NCBI GenBank assembly: GCA_964016885.1 | Contig: OZ024743.1 | Span: forward strand, 115,692,001-115,756,000 | Length of the DNA stretch: 64,000 nt | Direction: 5' to 3' | Origin: Eledone cirrhosa | Taxonomy: Eukaryota | Shown here: positions 62,401 to 64,000 of the stretch, piece after piece | How the letters are laid out: each line of letters opens with the position of its first letter | Position numbering within the stretch: position 1 is the first letter of the stretch | Position numbers and translations under genes: made by a program | The notes under the pieces: model-generated | Seen by the model: only the letters and a program-made list of their open reading frames with translations | Database searches by the model: none | What the model was told of the DNA's origin: nothing

Positions 62401-62854
62401 AATGCCAGCGTGCATCTAAGATCCCGTTCCAGTCGCCCACTAACACTAAAGAGCGGGACGTTCCAAGAAAGGTCTCCAGACGCCGGAAGAAATCAGGCCG
62501 CCCTGCTCCTGTCGGGGCATAGACGGCCACTAACCTGAAAGCTTGCCCGTCTCCGCTGGTCACGTCCAGCACCACCAACTTACCTTCTGGGTCCAGGAAG
62601 ATGGCCCGTATGGCAAGATCCAAACCTCTCCGAAAAAGCACAGCAACTCCTCCCCCCGATCCCAGACGGCTGGGAGATTCGTACACATCGTAGCCGCCGA
62701 AGATCGGTGCGAAAGCCTGTGCTTCGGAGATTCTGGTCTCGCTGATGGCCACTACATCTATGTTTAGTGACCCGAGGTCGTTGAGCAGGTGGCCCTGCTT
62801 CCATGACGACCCCAAGCCACGCGCATTTATGCTGCCTATTCTGAGTGAGGTCAT
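59487..62854 (-). pseudogene. Tx1 ORF2 (APE-RT-zinc finger), interrupted by one TAG, a small deletion/duplication at ~60650-60690 and a frameshift
   Basis: Three long colinear ORFs of 258, 455 and 360 aa. Confidence 0.9.
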
Positions 62855-62888
62855 GTTGAAAAGGAGTGGAAAAGATGGGAAAGACCAC

Positions 62889-64000
62889 TTACCTTACTTC
62901 TCGTAGGGGAAGGACGGCTTTTCCATCCTTTTCACTGCTTGTGGCCTCCTCTGGAAGGATGTCCTTATAAATCCTCCTGGAGAGTGCTTGTCGGAAGTCT
63001 CCGATGTATTTGGGGAATTTTTGTTTTAGTGTCATGTACGTTTTCTGTGTGATGCGAGTGATTTGTATGTGTGGAGGTGGTGTGAATTTTGGGGTTGTTG
63101 TGTAGTCTTTTTCTGTGATGCTGGTGTTGTGTTGGATGTAGTGTAATAATTGCTTGTTGTTCAAATTTAATGCTGTGTAGTGTGTATCGTTTTGGTTGTT
63201 TTGTTTTGTTTGCGTTTGTTGTGGGTTTGTTTCTGTTTCGCATTTTGGTGACTTTTGTGGTGTAGGTGATGGTGGTGCTGGGGATAATGATGGTGATGGT
63301 GTTGGTGTTTGGGTTGATGGGGTTGGTGATGCTGGTGTGGATGGTGGCATATCTGTCCTAACTTTTTTGTTTCTTAGTTTATTTGTTTCCCTCTGTATTT
63401 TGTTTTTGGAGGGGGAAGGAAGAGAATTTTTTCTTTTTTGGTTTCTTTTTTTTTTCCGGATATCGTTTCCCACTCCTCGTCGTCACAATCTGTCTCCAGT
63501 TGTGATAGGCCGGGGAGTGGAAAATCCTCCACAGCCGTTAGTTTTGGTTGTGGTGTGGTGGATGGTGTAGGCGCTGGTGCTAGTTCTGAAGCGTTGGGTG
63601 GTCGTGGTGTTGGTTTTGCTGGTGGTGGTAGTGGTGTTGGTTTTGCTACTGTTGCTGGGGTTGTTGCTGTTATAGTTGCTTCTGTTGTTGCTGCTACAGT
63701 TGTTGCTGCCATCTCTGCTACTGGTGGTGTTGATGGTTGTGTCACTGGGGTGGGTAGGAGAGGTGGCCTCAACCTTTTAGCCTGAGGGCAGAAAGCCTTT
63801 AGGTGGGTTCCTTCACCACAAACGACACACCTAGGTCTTCTGCCCTCGACAATTACCGTGAGGTGGCTGCCGTCAGTGAGGTCTATTACCTCTGCGATCT
63901 CCTCAATGCTTTTTTGGTCCGCTTGGATCAGGAGCTCCATCCCAGATCCGGACCAGTTTTCCTGCTTTTCTTTTGCTACTGCTATTATTTTCGTGTTGGC
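62889..64000 (-). pseudogene. Tx1 ORF1 C-terminal part (gag-like CCHC, P/T-rich linker), frameshifted
   Basis: ORFs 63374-63940 and 62889-63473; homologous to copy 1 at ~29600-30515. Confidence 0.85.

Larger units (their letters stand above)
59244..64000 (-). mobile_element. Tx1/L1-clade LINE copy 3, best preserved; 5' end lies beyond the window
   Basis: ORF1 with CVVCGEGTHLKAFC knuckle; ORF2 APE 62854-62078, RT 62044-60677 (LDQSKAFD, RQGCPLS, YADD), C-terminal CPRC..H..C in 60569-59487; AATAAA then (TTA)n. Confidence 0.95.

Overview
AT-rich eukaryotic (metazoan) DNA with no host gene I can support. The window is almost entirely retroelements, SINEs, foldback elements and microsatellites. 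The SINE family, (TA)n/(TG)n/(TAA)n density and TE mix suggest a cephalopod such as Octopus (inference only). Contents: a near-full-length degenerate RTE LINE with C-terminal C2H2 fingers plus two non-autonomous bipartite derivatives; Penelope-like elements (PLEs) from at least three lineages, including two Naiad-like copies; four large Tx1/L1-type LINE segments; several R4/Dong fragments; one CRE-type fragment; a mariner; a hAT-type MITE; tRNA-derived SINEs. Best leads: (1) several type-I hammerhead ribozyme candidates in PLE termini and TA-embedded cassettes, including a family with a ~100-120 nt stem-II insertion; (2) a conserved, phase-matched splice donor/acceptor pair that would fuse Tx1 ORF1 to ORF2 in frame; (3) identical in-frame stops shared by separate copies (Tx1 ORF2, PLE GIY-YIG); (4) apparent partitioning of microsatellite types among retroelement families. 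All alignments and folds were done by eye; boundaries are approximate.
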